Source of the DNA: Gamaleyavirus AN24P2
Reading direction: 5' to 3' (one strand)
Sequence record: OZ035810.1
Length of the DNA stretch: 64,000 bases
Part shown: in pieces, positions 39,589 through 49,606 of the stretch
Position numbering within the stretch: the stretch's first letter is position 1
How the letters are laid out: each line of letters begins with the position of its first letter
Position numbers and translations under genes: made by a program
The notes under the pieces: model-generated
Seen by the model: only the letters and a program-made list of their open reading frames with translations
Databases searched by the model: none
Told to the model about the DNA's origin: nothing

Positions 39589-41634
39589 TTACTTAGCAGC
39601 TTTGACCAGCTTGGTAGCTAACTTAGCTTCTTCTTCAGTCAGACCCATTGCAGTGAATGACTTCTTGGCATGACGCTTATAGTCTTGCAGAGCATGACCT
39701 TTCTGATAGTCAGAGTACGTCGTATCGTTCAGTATGCTACGCAGATTATCAGCATGTTTACCAGACGGAGCTACTTTAGAGGCAGTAGCAGAACGCATAG
39801 GTTTAGTTTTCTTCACTGACTTAGCTTTTGGTGCAGGAATACGAGTACTACGAATAGTAGCAATTGCATCCACCACATCGGAACTAACTCCTAAAGCAGC
39901 CCATGGCTTACGAGCCTTGCCTCGCATTTCCACAAGTAAATCAGCAGCAGCTAACTTATCTTCTGGTGTTGTTGCATTGAGGAACTCTCTAATCAGTTCC
40001 TGGATTTGTTCTTTCACAGTAGGAGCCTTCTTAGTAACAGGTTTGAGGTCAGTAGCCTTCACTGGTTCAGCAGCTACAGCTTCATTCAGTGACTCTTCCA
40101 TGTTCAGTGCTTCTTTACTAGCAACTGTACGGAATTGTTCTACAGAACCAGATGTGAGATTAGTGTATTTGAGGTTAGTACCACGATGTCCACCAACCAT
40201 AATAAGTGTGGTAGGTGAACTATGGTTCCCAACGATGGCATCATTAAGCAGTTTCTTACCTACTTCTGTTTTAGACAGGTAGATACCGTTGTTAACGTTA
40301 TTACGTTCTTCTTCCGGCAGTTCAGCAATAATATGATATGCAGATACACGCATCTTATTGGTGCTGTACTGAGGAACAGCAAATACATCTTCCGGTGCTA
40401 CTTTACCAAGGATAGTTACGTTACCGCCGAAGCTACGGATATAGCTCATGGATGCTACATGCAAACCGTTAGAGCAGTCCTGACGACGGTCAGGGTCTAC
40501 CAGGTCTTCACGTACCTGCACTTTACAGCCTACCCATTGACGAATGTTGCCTGAGTGACAATCAACGAATACACGTTTACCATCTTCTTTATCTTTATAC
40601 TGAAGACGTTTCAGGAACAGGATTGAACCATCATCAGCAATAGGTAGCTCAGCAGTTTCCATGAACTTCATCAGATCTTCTACTGAGTGCAGGCGGTCTT
40701 TAATAACCGGAGCCAGACGCTCAAGGAACTTGGTAAATCCCTTGTAGTCTTTCAGCTGGGCAGACTGACGCAAGTGACGCTGTAGGTTTTCAACTCCAGG
40801 TATAACCCCATTGTTGGTAACAGCAACAACCACTTCATCTTCTTTCACTTCAGTGTGGAAGTTAGCGTCATCGGTACTAATAGCACCCAATGCAGCTAAC
40901 TTATCAGAGACGGCAGCCAGCTTATCCTGGTTCGTAACTTTAACCTCTTCTACATATGGAAATGGCGTTACATCACGACTGGTAAATACAATGTGTACTC
41001 CTTTGATGTGCTTGGCTTGTTTAATAAACTCACCCATTTCATCATCGGATACTGCACGGATTCCAATAGGCCATTCCCGTGCAAGGATGCGATTAGTATG
41101 GTCATAGCCCCAACCCAGTACGTCGTTAATAAAACGAACCAGTGCAGGATGGTTATGGTCCTTACCCCAGCCAGTAACCCACATCAGATTGTCACGTCTG
41201 TCGTAAAAACCATCAGATACTATTACTTCTGGTTCATTAGCCTGTACAGCCAGGAAAGTATCCATAGCTTTAGATACTAATGTCTTAGTAGGATTACCCA
41301 GCTTAATATCTGAAACGATACGGGCAGGAGGAGCACCTGTACCATCTTCGAAGAACTCTTTGAGTTTAGCTTTAGCTACCTTGAAGAAACGGACGAATCC
41401 GTTAGTGTTCTTCTCTGCTTCCAAGTATTCAGTACGCAGAGCTACTTCTGGTGCAATGTTTACTTCTATCTGGTCTTTGGTAGTTCCCAGACCTTTGGTT
41501 TGTGCTTCAGATACAATGCGAGCAACCCGTAGGTCGCTCTGAGGATATACAATCGTGGAGCCATCAGGCTTCCACAGTGTAAGGTTACGACTGTCAACTG
41601 CCAGTGCGATGATAGAAATCAATTCGATTTTCAT
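39589..41634 (-). CDS. rIIB: rIIB-like protein (putative)
   Basis: 681 aa ORF immediately downstream of rIIA-like gene; assignment by synteny only. Confidence 0.45.
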   Translation of the reverse strand: MKIELISIIALAVDSRNLTLWKPDGSTIVYPQSDLRVARIVSEAQTKGLGTTKDQIEVNIAPEVALRTEYLEAEKNTNGFVRFFKVAKAKLKEFFEDGTGAPPARIVSDIKLGNPTKTLVSKAMDTFLAVQANEPEVIVSDGFYDRRDNLMWVTGWGKDHNHPALVRFINDVLGWGYDHTNRILAREWPIGIRAVSDDEMGEFIKQAKHIKGVHIVFTSRDVTPFPYVEEVKVTNQDKLAAVSDKLAALGAISTDDANFHTEVKEDEVVVAVTNNGVIPGVENLQRHLRQSAQLKDYKGFTKFLERLAPVIKDRLHSVEDLMKFMETAELPIADDGSILFLKRLQYKDKEDGKRVFVDCHSGNIRQWVGCKVQVREDLVDPDRRQDCSNGLHVASMSYIRSFGGNVTILGKVAPEDVFAVPQYSTNKMRVSAYHIIAELPEEERNNVNNGIYLSKTEVGKKLLNDAIVGNHSSPTTLIMVGGHRGTNLKYTNLTSGSVEQFRTVASKEALNMEESLNEAVAAEPVKATDLKPVTKKAPTVKEQIQELIREFLNATTPEDKLAAADLLVEMRGKARKPWAALGVSSDVVDAIATIRSTRIPAPKAKSVKKTKPMRSATASKVAPSGKHADNLRSILNDTTYSDYQKGHALQDYKRHAKKSFTAMGLTEEEAKLATKLVKAAK

Positions 41635-41638
41635 CAGA

Positions 41639-44206
41639 TTAGTTACCTTTCAGTTTATTTAGACGATTACGGTAGAGGGACTTAAACCCAGGAATATCCT
41701 CTGGATTCTTCTTGAGATGTTTAACTAAACTACCTAAGTCCAGCGTCTGTAGGATGTCATTTTCATACCAGCTATAACTGAATAATTCTTTGTAATCATT
41801 AAGTATTTTAAAGTACTTATGATTACGTGGATTAGTCATCACTATATATGGCTCTAGGTCATCAACTGACTTAATACAACCCATTTCAACAAGTTTTTCT
41901 TCGTTGTCGTGTGGTCGATTTCGTAAAAAGTCATATGCCCATTCATATTCTGGTTTAAAAATCAGATTCTGTAATGGTTTGAATGTTAGACCAAGAATAT
42001 CTAGGATTTCCCAATACTCTCTGTCATCTAGTCCTACGTATTCCAGAATACCAATACGGTGTTCAGTGACATACTTCTTGAATCCCTTACTGGTAATGAC
42101 TGACATCAGTTCCCTAAAGCGAACATCATCAATGTGGATAGCACCCCGTCGTTTGGCCTTGTTAGCTTCGATTTGATTGCGGCAGACAACTGTCTCTGCT
42201 TTCATCTCATCGGACAACTCATACCATTTCCACATGGTTCCAATACTGGCAGTTACTGGGCTACCTGAACCAACCTGATTAGCCAGTACATAGTACTTTG
42301 GCTTCTCTACTTCAACGAAACCAGATTTATCATGGCGGCTTGGGTCAGCAAACTCCTTCTGAATATAAGGCTTAGATAACCAATCACCATTTTTATCCCG
42401 TACAATAGTAGTACCATTAACTGCATTCAATGAAATCAGAGCATTAGTTTTACCTCCTGCTTTGGTTTTATTGGTAGCTATTGTCTTAGCTCGTTTCTCA
42501 GCAGCTATCTTAGCCTGTTCCCTACGGAAGTTAGTTGGTTTGTCCCACTCATTGTATTGAGTAAGGTCAATTACCCGATAACCCATAGCAGTGAACTTAG
42601 CTACAGCTTCCTCTGCCGCACCCTTCTTAGGTCCAACGACGTGAACAAAAGCTGTACGCTCCAAGTCACCTCTGTTGTACTCAGGGAAGTATGAGAAGGA
42701 ATCTGCACAGTCAGATAAACGTCGTGTAACTACAACGTTCTTGGTGGTGAATATGCCAATACTCTGGTGGGAGTTATGGTAAATTCTAAAGTAGTCAGTA
42801 AGTTTACCTTTTACCAGGTCTACAGAGTTACCCTGGTTCATTATGTAACCAGACCACTTAATACCAGTAGCTTTTAAAGCAGCAAGCTGGGGTAAGTGCA
42901 GATGACGATATACAAATTCCTGGAATGGGGAATATGTATTTTCCTCACGGGTATCCTTAAGAGCACGCATAGCCTTACCATACAGTTTCTTAAGTCCTGT
43001 ATATTCAGGGCGAGCTAATAATGCCTTATTAGATAAGTTGCGCCAGTGTTTTATGCAATGCTTACGTTGCTTAGCCCACAAGCTAGAGGACATATAGCGT
43101 TGAACAATGGGGTCTGTAACAGCACCCAGAAAAGACGGATAGGTCCAGAAGCGAACAGATGCTTGAGAGGCATATTCTTCAATCTGCTTAACAGCTTCAG
43201 GAATCTTGGCCTTAATCTCCTTCTCCATACGGTCTACTAAATCTACACACAGAGTAGTAATACCATCGTCGGTTAACTTCTGGTTAGACAGCGTTTCTCG
43301 ACTAGGGGCAATAGCTAAGGTGTCTGGTGCAGCCTGAACTACTAAATTGACAGCACCGATGATATTCATGAAGTTGAGAATAAGACCTACAGCTTCTTCA
43401 CTAGCTGGACTAGATACTATTGGGTACATTACGTTACCGTAGCGAATGAATATGTTACTGTTACCCATATAACCCTTATACCAGCTATCAGACATATCAT
43501 ATGAACCGGGTTCAAATGACATACCTAACGTATCCAGTAGGATGTAGTCACCTTGTTGAATACTATTGCCTTCCTCTATTCTAACTAGTTTAGGAATACT
43601 AAGCTCAGCCTTAATTTCACCGTTAAATACGATTGATGTGATGTAATGTACAAAGGTATTTATATCATGCTTGCCTAACTGGAATTTAACTTCCAGACCA
43701 GATTCCTCAGTGGGAATATTAGTAACAATAGGAACAATACCCGGTTTACCGTCATTCTCAATCGCAGCCTTAGCTACGTTATATACCGACATCTTTCCTT
43801 GGTTCCATGAAGTAACCTGGAAACTATCTGTATAAGCGAATGGGGATTTACATCCCAGACCAAAGCCACCAGTAACACTACTGTTGGACTTTTTAGTTGA
43901 TGCACCATAGACACCGTAAATGGAACCAATGAGTTCATCCGGGATGCCGTTACCGTAGTCACGGAAGGTAATAAAATTGTCTTTATCAATGGTGATACGA
44001 ATAGGGGTATCAGTCTTACCTGCTTCAATATGAGCATCCCAACTATTACAGATAGTCTCACGGACTACTGCCAGAGTAGGATTGTTATACAGGGATGTAC
44101 TTAATACATGGAAGAATGCCGGGTCATCGGAGATGCCAAAGGCAATTGTTTCTTTGCCACCCAGTGTCGCTGAGGTAGCTACTTCATTGGTATCTGCAAC
44201 TAACAT
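41639..44206 (-). CDS. rIIA: rIIA-like protein with N-terminal GHKL/HATPase domain
   Basis: 855 aa; N-terminal region (ICNSWDA...FRDYGNGIPDE...GLGCKSPF) matches GHKL ATPase-fold motifs. Confidence 0.6.
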   Translation of the reverse strand: MLVADTNEVATSATLGGKETIAFGISDDPAFFHVLSTSLYNNPTLAVVRETICNSWDAHIEAGKTDTPIRITIDKDNFITFRDYGNGIPDELIGSIYGVYGASTKKSNSSVTGGFGLGCKSPFAYTDSFQVTSWNQGKMSVYNVAKAAIENDGKPGIVPIVTNIPTEESGLEVKFQLGKHDINTFVHYITSIVFNGEIKAELSIPKLVRIEEGNSIQQGDYILLDTLGMSFEPGSYDMSDSWYKGYMGNSNIFIRYGNVMYPIVSSPASEEAVGLILNFMNIIGAVNLVVQAAPDTLAIAPSRETLSNQKLTDDGITTLCVDLVDRMEKEIKAKIPEAVKQIEEYASQASVRFWTYPSFLGAVTDPIVQRYMSSSLWAKQRKHCIKHWRNLSNKALLARPEYTGLKKLYGKAMRALKDTREENTYSPFQEFVYRHLHLPQLAALKATGIKWSGYIMNQGNSVDLVKGKLTDYFRIYHNSHQSIGIFTTKNVVVTRRLSDCADSFSYFPEYNRGDLERTAFVHVVGPKKGAAEEAVAKFTAMGYRVIDLTQYNEWDKPTNFRREQAKIAAEKRAKTIATNKTKAGGKTNALISLNAVNGTTIVRDKNGDWLSKPYIQKEFADPSRHDKSGFVEVEKPKYYVLANQVGSGSPVTASIGTMWKWYELSDEMKAETVVCRNQIEANKAKRRGAIHIDDVRFRELMSVITSKGFKKYVTEHRIGILEYVGLDDREYWEILDILGLTFKPLQNLIFKPEYEWAYDFLRNRPHDNEEKLVEMGCIKSVDDLEPYIVMTNPRNHKYFKILNDYKELFSYSWYENDILQTLDLGSLVKHLKKNPEDIPGFKSLYRNRLNKLKGN

Positions 44207-44233
44207 TTATTTACTCTCCAGATTAAATGTTGC

Positions 44234-44425
44234 TTACATTAGGACTTGTTTACATTTATCAAAAATAGCCTTACGAAGTTCAGCTTCTTCCCGTGGCTCA
44301 TCATTAGGATGGTGACCCAGTGGACTATTTTGAAAAGCATTCATTAGGAATAAGACCTGATACTCGGTTAAACCATTAATCTGAATGTTATACGTTTTCT
44401 CTGAGGCGATATTTACATTAGCCAT
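44234..44425 (-). CDS. hypothetical small protein
   Basis: Internal ATG of ORF 44234..44497 chosen to avoid overlap. Confidence 0.35.
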   Translation of the reverse strand: MANVNIASEKTYNIQINGLTEYQVLFLMNAFQNSPLGHHPNDEPREEAELRKAIFDKCKQVLM

Positions 44426-44747
44426 TGCGTTTACCTGCCATTGCTTGTAGTACAAATACAGCCAGATCTGCTGCTTGGTCATCACTAACTGGATCATTAC
44501 CGTGCCCTAATTGAATGTGACCTTCATCATCCCATTCATCAAGCATACGCTGTACTTCGGACAAACCGGCTTGAACCATTTCCTTGCTTGGTTCCAGCCA
44601 TAACTTACGCTCTTCTGCCAGTGCAGCAATGCACATACATAGAGAGGCAATGTTAGCTGGACAAGCAGCAATATCCCCAGTTACTGCAATCTCACTAAGT
44701 GGGACAGCTTTACCGGTTTTACTATGAATTACTTCAGGGTTAATCAT
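44418..44747 (-). CDS. hypothetical protein
   Basis: ORF 44418..44795 trimmed to ATG at 44747. Confidence 0.4.
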   Translation of the reverse strand: MINPEVIHSKTGKAVPLSEIAVTGDIAACPANIASLCMCIAALAEERKLWLEPSKEMVQAGLSEVQRMLDEWDDEGHIQLGHGNDPVSDDQAADLAVFVLQAMAGKRNG

Positions 44748-44952
44748 GAATTTGCTCCAGGTTGTGGGCAGGAATAGGGAAGCATGGATAGTCACCGGTA
44801 GGGTCCAGTGTTACTGATACATGCAGTGTATTTGTCATTTGGGTTAGCATCTGAGCAGCATTGAAATCATCCTGTATACAGGCATATACAATGTCACCCT
44901 TCTCACCCTCACACATTACGGGTGTGTCTTTGATACGGTATTTAGCAGGCAT
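44740..44952 (-). CDS. hypothetical small protein
   Basis: 70 aa ORF. Confidence 0.4.
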   Translation of the reverse strand: MPAKYRIKDTPVMCEGEKGDIVYACIQDDFNAAQMLTQMTNTLHVSVTLDPTGDYPCFPIPAHNLEQIHD

Positions 44953-44961
44953 ATTGTTTCC

Positions 44962-45216
44962 TTATTTTTTACTGATAATGGGGTTTTTGTAATTCCAGGC
45001 TCTATTAAGCTTTTCCAGCTTAAATCCTGCATACCCTGTTTCTTTAGACAGGATTTCTTCCGCAGTGTCTATTGCGTTAATTTTGCATAAACGCCCATCT
45101 ATACAGATGTTTTTAAAACTGCCTGTAGATTCTCTGTATATTCCATTGGAATCTTTCTCCAGCATAGTTGCATACCAACTTGCCATAAGTCCTCCTGGGA
45201 CAGTAATTGAAACCAA
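44962..45216 (-). CDS. hypothetical small protein
   Basis: 84 aa ORF followed upstream by terminator. Confidence 0.4.
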   Translation of the reverse strand: MVSITVPGGLMASWYATMLEKDSNGIYRESTGSFKNICIDGRLCKINAIDTAEEILSKETGYAGFKLEKLNRAWNYKNPIISKK

Positions 45217-45242
45217 AAAAAGACCTCCCGGAGGAGGTCTTA
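45212..45242 (-). terminator. rho-independent terminator
   Basis: agacctcc-cgga-ggaggtct hairpin with 7-A run on + (U-tract on -). Confidence 0.65.
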
Positions 45243-45245
45243 GGT

Positions 45246-45485
45246 TTACTTACTATTCTCTTCAATGAAGCGTCTCATACGTTCCTTTGCTTCATCATGT
45301 TCACGAATTGCTTCATAGTCACGAGCAAAGTAGTAAACACACCACAAACCAATTTCACTTACAAAGAACAGAATACTAGCTCGAATGAACTGCATATCTG
45401 TTTCTACGACAAAGGCAACTTTGTATGCGTAGGTTAGTGTAAGTAAGGTACTAATTAGCATTGCGTACAGAGCTAGTTTTTTCAT
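45246..45485 (-). CDS. small membrane protein
   Basis: 79 aa with two hydrophobic segments; ATGA overlap with thyX stop. Confidence 0.5.
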   Translation of the reverse strand: MKKLALYAMLISTLLTLTYAYKVAFVVETDMQFIRASILFFVSEIGLWCVYYFARDYEAIREHDEAKERMRRFIEENSK

Positions 45486-46426
45486 TCAGTAATAGTCTCA
45501 CCGGGGATTAATTTACGGAATTGGATAAAGTGAAGCAGGTTACCTGAGTACAGATTTCCTTCTTTATCCATGGATGTAACACCTTGTTCCCATGTAACTG
45601 GGTTCATGTTATTTATATACTTCCCACCAATATTCATAGGCGTAGCCTGATGTTCCGTTGGGGAAGCATGAATAGGTTGGTTTTCCACTAGCTTAGCAAA
45701 TAAGCCAAGATCTTCTTCTATAGTAGATGGACGTCCCTCAAAGTTGTTATAGGAAGCACGGGCACAGCGTGCAGCACTTACTTTGAGAAGTAAGCCATAC
45801 ACTTCTGCACCACTTGGTTCATCACGTGTAATTCGATTGTGTTTGCAGAAATCGTAAGCAGCAAAACGGTCATTAGCAGTGATATACGGCAAATGCCAGT
45901 GTCCTTGTATGAGTTTAGATGGAACACTTTCTTCGTGTGCCTTACGCATTGCCTGAGCCAGTTCACGAATTTCCGGTTGTGCATCTTTGTGGTCACGTAA
46001 GCCATAGAAATTAGCCCAGCTAGTTGAAGTTACCACTACACGGATATGTGTGAAGGGTTCCAGAATACGGTTAACAATCTGCTTATGTACTTGTCCACGA
46101 CGTAGCATTTCTGCATAGGTAGCAACACTGGATGCAGCCTGTTCCCAGATAAAGATTGCATCACTGCGTTGGTCTTCAGACAGTTCTTCAAATGCTTGCA
46201 TACCTTTCTGGTTCTTACCCCAGTGACTTGGCATCACTGGTTCATTACGAACTTGTTCGATGAACTTAGCGGTGGGAATAGCACGACTGCTTGAAGCATT
46301 GCGGTTGAATACACGGTGGGTCATAAACTCACTGTGAATGAATCGGGGATAAACCAATTCAAAAGTAGTAATACGAGTTCCTGTTTCTGGGTGAACGGAA
46401 TCTGCAATGACAGTTGCCTTAATCAT
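45482..46426 (-). CDS. thyX: flavin-dependent thymidylate synthase ThyX
   Basis: 314 aa; ThyX signature region SEFMTHRVFNRNASSSRAIP. Confidence 0.8.
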   Translation of the reverse strand: MIKATVIADSVHPETGTRITTFELVYPRFIHSEFMTHRVFNRNASSSRAIPTAKFIEQVRNEPVMPSHWGKNQKGMQAFEELSEDQRSDAIFIWEQAASSVATYAEMLRRGQVHKQIVNRILEPFTHIRVVVTSTSWANFYGLRDHKDAQPEIRELAQAMRKAHEESVPSKLIQGHWHLPYITANDRFAAYDFCKHNRITRDEPSGAEVYGLLLKVSAARCARASYNNFEGRPSTIEEDLGLFAKLVENQPIHASPTEHQATPMNIGGKYINNMNPVTWEQGVTSMDKEGNLYSGNLLHFIQFRKLIPGETITE

Positions 46427-46869
46427 TAGAATGACCTTAAATAGTTGGTGATACCACTTCTCGTCTCTGTGATTCTCTTAACCTGAACGTATACCAGCTT
46501 AAACTCACTACGAGGTAGTTCTTGTAATACTGCCACACCTTCAGTAAGAGCCACAGAACACGCTACAGCGGTTTCTTCTTTAAAGGAGTACAAGTCTTCA
46601 TACATGAGGGCTTCATACTCTTTACGGAGCATACAGAGAGCATGTCTTGCTTTATCACTTACTTCTTGTGAACCAGCAGACATAGCTAAGCTGTATATGA
46701 TAAAGACTTGTTCAAAAACAAAGTCCAGTAATCTATCAGGGGTATTAGTACCCATGAATAATTTTGTTGTGTAGGAACGAGCTTTACGGTTGAGTTCATA
46801 CTCATCCTCTATGCCTTTATTATAAAGAACAGGATTTCGTTCCCTTTTTCTTAGGAATGGGATACGCAT
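46426..46869 (-). CDS. hypothetical protein
   Basis: 147 aa ORF coupled to thyX. Confidence 0.45.
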   Translation of the reverse strand: MRIPFLRKRERNPVLYNKGIEDEYELNRKARSYTTKLFMGTNTPDRLLDFVFEQVFIIYSLAMSAGSQEVSDKARHALCMLRKEYEALMYEDLYSFKEETAVACSVALTEGVAVLQELPRSEFKLVYVQVKRITETRSGITNYLRSF

Positions 46870-47255
46870 TAGTATTTACTACCTCTTCTATACCAGGGGT
46901 AGTGGTGAGTAGTGCTTTTACCCTTGAACAAGTCACGAGTAATGGGATTCTTTCGTAACTGCTCCAGGTATAGGTACATGTGACCTTCTCCCGGATATGC
47001 CCAGAACTTATCTATGATTTGGTCTACCTTAGATTTCAGATGAGGTTCTGGGGGAATGTATGAGGTGGTATTAAAAGGTCTTCCAGTAGTCCATCCTTTC
47101 TGAACAAGAACCTGCATTGTTGTATAAAGATCTAATTCACTTTCATTCTCTACTTGGTCATGAATAGTTTTACCCAAAGTAAGCATTGCAGTTTGTTCCA
47201 GCTTACTTAAGTCCAGCCCATACAAGATAGACTTACCATTTCGTCTGTTTGACAT
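46869..47255 (-). CDS. hypothetical protein
   Basis: 128 aa ORF. Confidence 0.45.
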   Translation of the reverse strand: MSNRRNGKSILYGLDLSKLEQTAMLTLGKTIHDQVENESELDLYTTMQVLVQKGWTTGRPFNTTSYIPPEPHLKSKVDQIIDKFWAYPGEGHMYLYLEQLRKNPITRDLFKGKSTTHHYPWYRRGSKY

Positions 47256-47269
47256 ACGAGTACCTGTAA

Positions 47270-47298
47270 TTAAAAAAGCCCACGGGTTAGGTGGGCTT
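47270..47298 (-). terminator. rho-independent terminator
   Basis: agcccac-gggttag-gtgggct hairpin with A-run on +. Confidence 0.5.
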
Positions 47299-47370
47299 GG
47301 ATTAGGAGAAGGATAAGCAATGAGCTGGAAGCAACTTCCAGAAGTACCCTCTTATGGATACTTCGGTTAG

Positions 47371-47649
47371 TTACTCTGCTTTACTGCCACCATTGGTTTG
47401 AACAACAGTTACATTTGTAACCTGGTTCTGACCTTTGTTGGACAGTGACCAAATCAGTGCCACTACCCAGAATACCAGTGACCAGCCTAATACGATATTA
47501 AGCACACCAATACCCCACTTAGAGGCATGGCCTCGTGCAAAAGCAATGATAGTAGGGATAAGGTACACAGCTAATACAAATAACAGAACAAGGATTGCTG
47601 CTAAAGATTCCATGATGGTTCCTATGTGAGGTTGAGTTAGTTTCTTCAC
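47371..47649 (-). CDS. small membrane protein
   Basis: 92 aa; hydrophobic segments LAAILVLLFVLAVYLIPTIIAF and VLNIVLGWSLVFWVVALIW. Confidence 0.5.
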   Translation of the reverse strand: MKKLTQPHIGTIMESLAAILVLLFVLAVYLIPTIIAFARGHASKWGIGVLNIVLGWSLVFWVVALIWSLSNKGQNQVTNVTVVQTNGGSKAE

Positions 47650-47686
47650 AAATAGCCCAACTATGCTGGGCTATTTAGGCAGCTAC

Positions 47687-47890
47687 TTACTCAGAATCTT
47701 TGCTTGCAGGAGCAATGGCTTTTTTCAGGTAACCACGTACAGAACGATAGCTTTCTTTTACTGGCACAGTACGACCATCAATCAGATGGATTACAGCACC
47801 GACCGATGTTTCATCTACGTCTACTACGTTAGATGCAACAATAGTTTTACGCACGGTACTGCCAACAGGAGTTACTTGAAATACTGACAT
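47687..47890 (-). CDS. hypothetical small protein
   Basis: 67 aa ORF. Confidence 0.4.
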   Translation of the reverse strand: MSVFQVTPVGSTVRKTIVASNVVDVDETSVGAVIHLIDGRTVPVKESYRSVRGYLKKAIAPASKDSE

Positions 47891-47920
47891 GTTGTTTCCT
47901 TAATTAAGCCGGATAGCCTT

Positions 47921-48427
47921 TTATTTTGAAGGTCTAGCGGCTACTGGTTTGTTTTCCTGGTCCTGATACTTGCCATTGTAATTAGCAGGTTCCTGAACCA
48001 GATGAAATAATACTTGAGCTATCCCAGCACCAGCCGGGATATGCAATTTCTTACGACCATGATAGACCAGTTCGAGAGTAAGATACCCTTTCCATCCTGG
48101 TTCTATTACAGTATTGAACACTGATAATGCACGTCTTGCCCAGGTAGACTTATCGTGAACGATAGCTACACAGGACGGGGACATGTTGAACTTCTCAATT
48201 GCTGAAGCCAAGGCGAACTTACCGAGATGGCGTGATACTTGATTCCCATCAATGACTTTCACCATTGGAATCAACCCAAATAAGCGATAGAAGGTAATAT
48301 CTTGTTTGATACGAATATCGTAACCAGCTTCACCCAATCCATAGCTTACGCCATGCTCTGATACCTTACGGTCTGGGACATCCAGCAACTGAGATGAACG
48401 GTATAGGGAATTACCATTAACAACCAT
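47921..48427 (-). CDS. dcd: dCTP deaminase (dUTPase-fold)
   Basis: 168 aa; IEPGWKGYLTLELVYHG and KYQDQENKP parallel E. coli Dcd IDPGWSGCIVLEFYNSG and KYRNQQG. Confidence 0.6.
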   Translation of the reverse strand: MVVNGNSLYRSSQLLDVPDRKVSEHGVSYGLGEAGYDIRIKQDITFYRLFGLIPMVKVIDGNQVSRHLGKFALASAIEKFNMSPSCVAIVHDKSTWARRALSVFNTVIEPGWKGYLTLELVYHGRKKLHIPAGAGIAQVLFHLVQEPANYNGKYQDQENKPVAARPSK

Positions 48428-49602
48428 TATTTCATTCCTTTAGGGATATGAACTACCTCCCCAAAAGGTACGGTAGCATTGGGATTATTCAGAACACACC
48501 AGATGACGGGGATATCAAATGGTAATTCTTCCATTGGATGAACATACATATCAGAGAATATGATTGCAGCGGTTGGCTTATTCTTAATAATCCAATCGCG
48601 TACTGGTTCTAGGTTTGTACCACCCCGACCGGTAATCTTAATTTCCTCAAAAGTATCTTCTTCAGTGATGTCTATTTCTTCCTGGATAACATCGTCGAAG
48701 GTAATTAGGGACATCTTCTTAGGGTTGAATTGGCTCTTAACGTAGGCAACCTCTGAGTTAAAACGCAGAGAGTCTGCACTACTAATAGAACCAGATACAT
48801 CTTCAAAGTAAGCCAAGTGTCGTAAACGTCCTTCATCATCTTCCATGGAAGGTAGGTAGATGTCAGTGTAACGACGGTTAGGTCTGGCCCACGTATAATG
48901 AGTATCGTCGATGTCAGTAAAGAAGTTCATCAGGACTTCTTGCCAAGGAACTACTGGTTTAAGGAATTGGGTAATAACCTCTTCCATACGCCCAGCACCT
49001 TTACCGGGCATCATTCCACCAGCCATCTTCTGGCTTTGCATCGCACGTACTACGTTGTTGACGACAGCACCCTGGGACTGCCCCGAAGAGGGGGATTTCA
49101 TGTCGCCAGCAAGACCTGCTCCAGCACCCCCTGACGGCTTCTGCCTTTTCTGAGGATTCTTCATCAGGTCATCGTAGATGTCTTCTTCGACCCATCCTTT
49201 ATATTGGGGGTCTTTGCAAATGCCTTCATTGATACCAGTGAACTTGTAACCATCTTCTTCTAACTGAAGGTTAATGAAGTGGTCACATGCCTGGTTCCAG
49301 ACTTCTGGGTCACGGCTTCCACGACGAATGCCATGCAGATATGCCACATGCCAGAGTTCGTGCATTAACACTGTTTCTCTGGCATCTGGACACATCCAGA
49401 TAAAGAAATCTGGATTGAAATGGAGTTCTATCCCATCAGTACATGCAGTGGGGCAATCCTCACGTTTCCATGAGAACTTAAGGCTACATAGTAATGAACC
49501 AAAGAACGCAGCAGACTTGCCTAGGAAAGCCTGAGCTTGAATACGATCATATTCGCGCATTAGTTGTTCATCACTAAGGGAGTGCTGAGGAAATTGGTTC
49601 AT
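48427..49602 (-). CDS. VWA-domain protein with N-terminal HExxH metallopeptidase-like domain
   Basis: 391 aa; HELWHVAYLHG motif N-terminal; partner of adjacent MoxR-type ATPase. Confidence 0.55.
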   Translation of the reverse strand: MNQFPQHSLSDEQLMREYDRIQAQAFLGKSAAFFGSLLCSLKFSWKREDCPTACTDGIELHFNPDFFIWMCPDARETVLMHELWHVAYLHGIRRGSRDPEVWNQACDHFINLQLEEDGYKFTGINEGICKDPQYKGWVEEDIYDDLMKNPQKRQKPSGGAGAGLAGDMKSPSSGQSQGAVVNNVVRAMQSQKMAGGMMPGKGAGRMEEVITQFLKPVVPWQEVLMNFFTDIDDTHYTWARPNRRYTDIYLPSMEDDEGRLRHLAYFEDVSGSISSADSLRFNSEVAYVKSQFNPKKMSLITFDDVIQEEIDITEEDTFEEIKITGRGGTNLEPVRDWIIKNKPTAAIIFSDMYVHPMEELPFDIPVIWCVLNNPNATVPFGEVVHIPKGMK

Positions 49603-49606
49603 TGTT

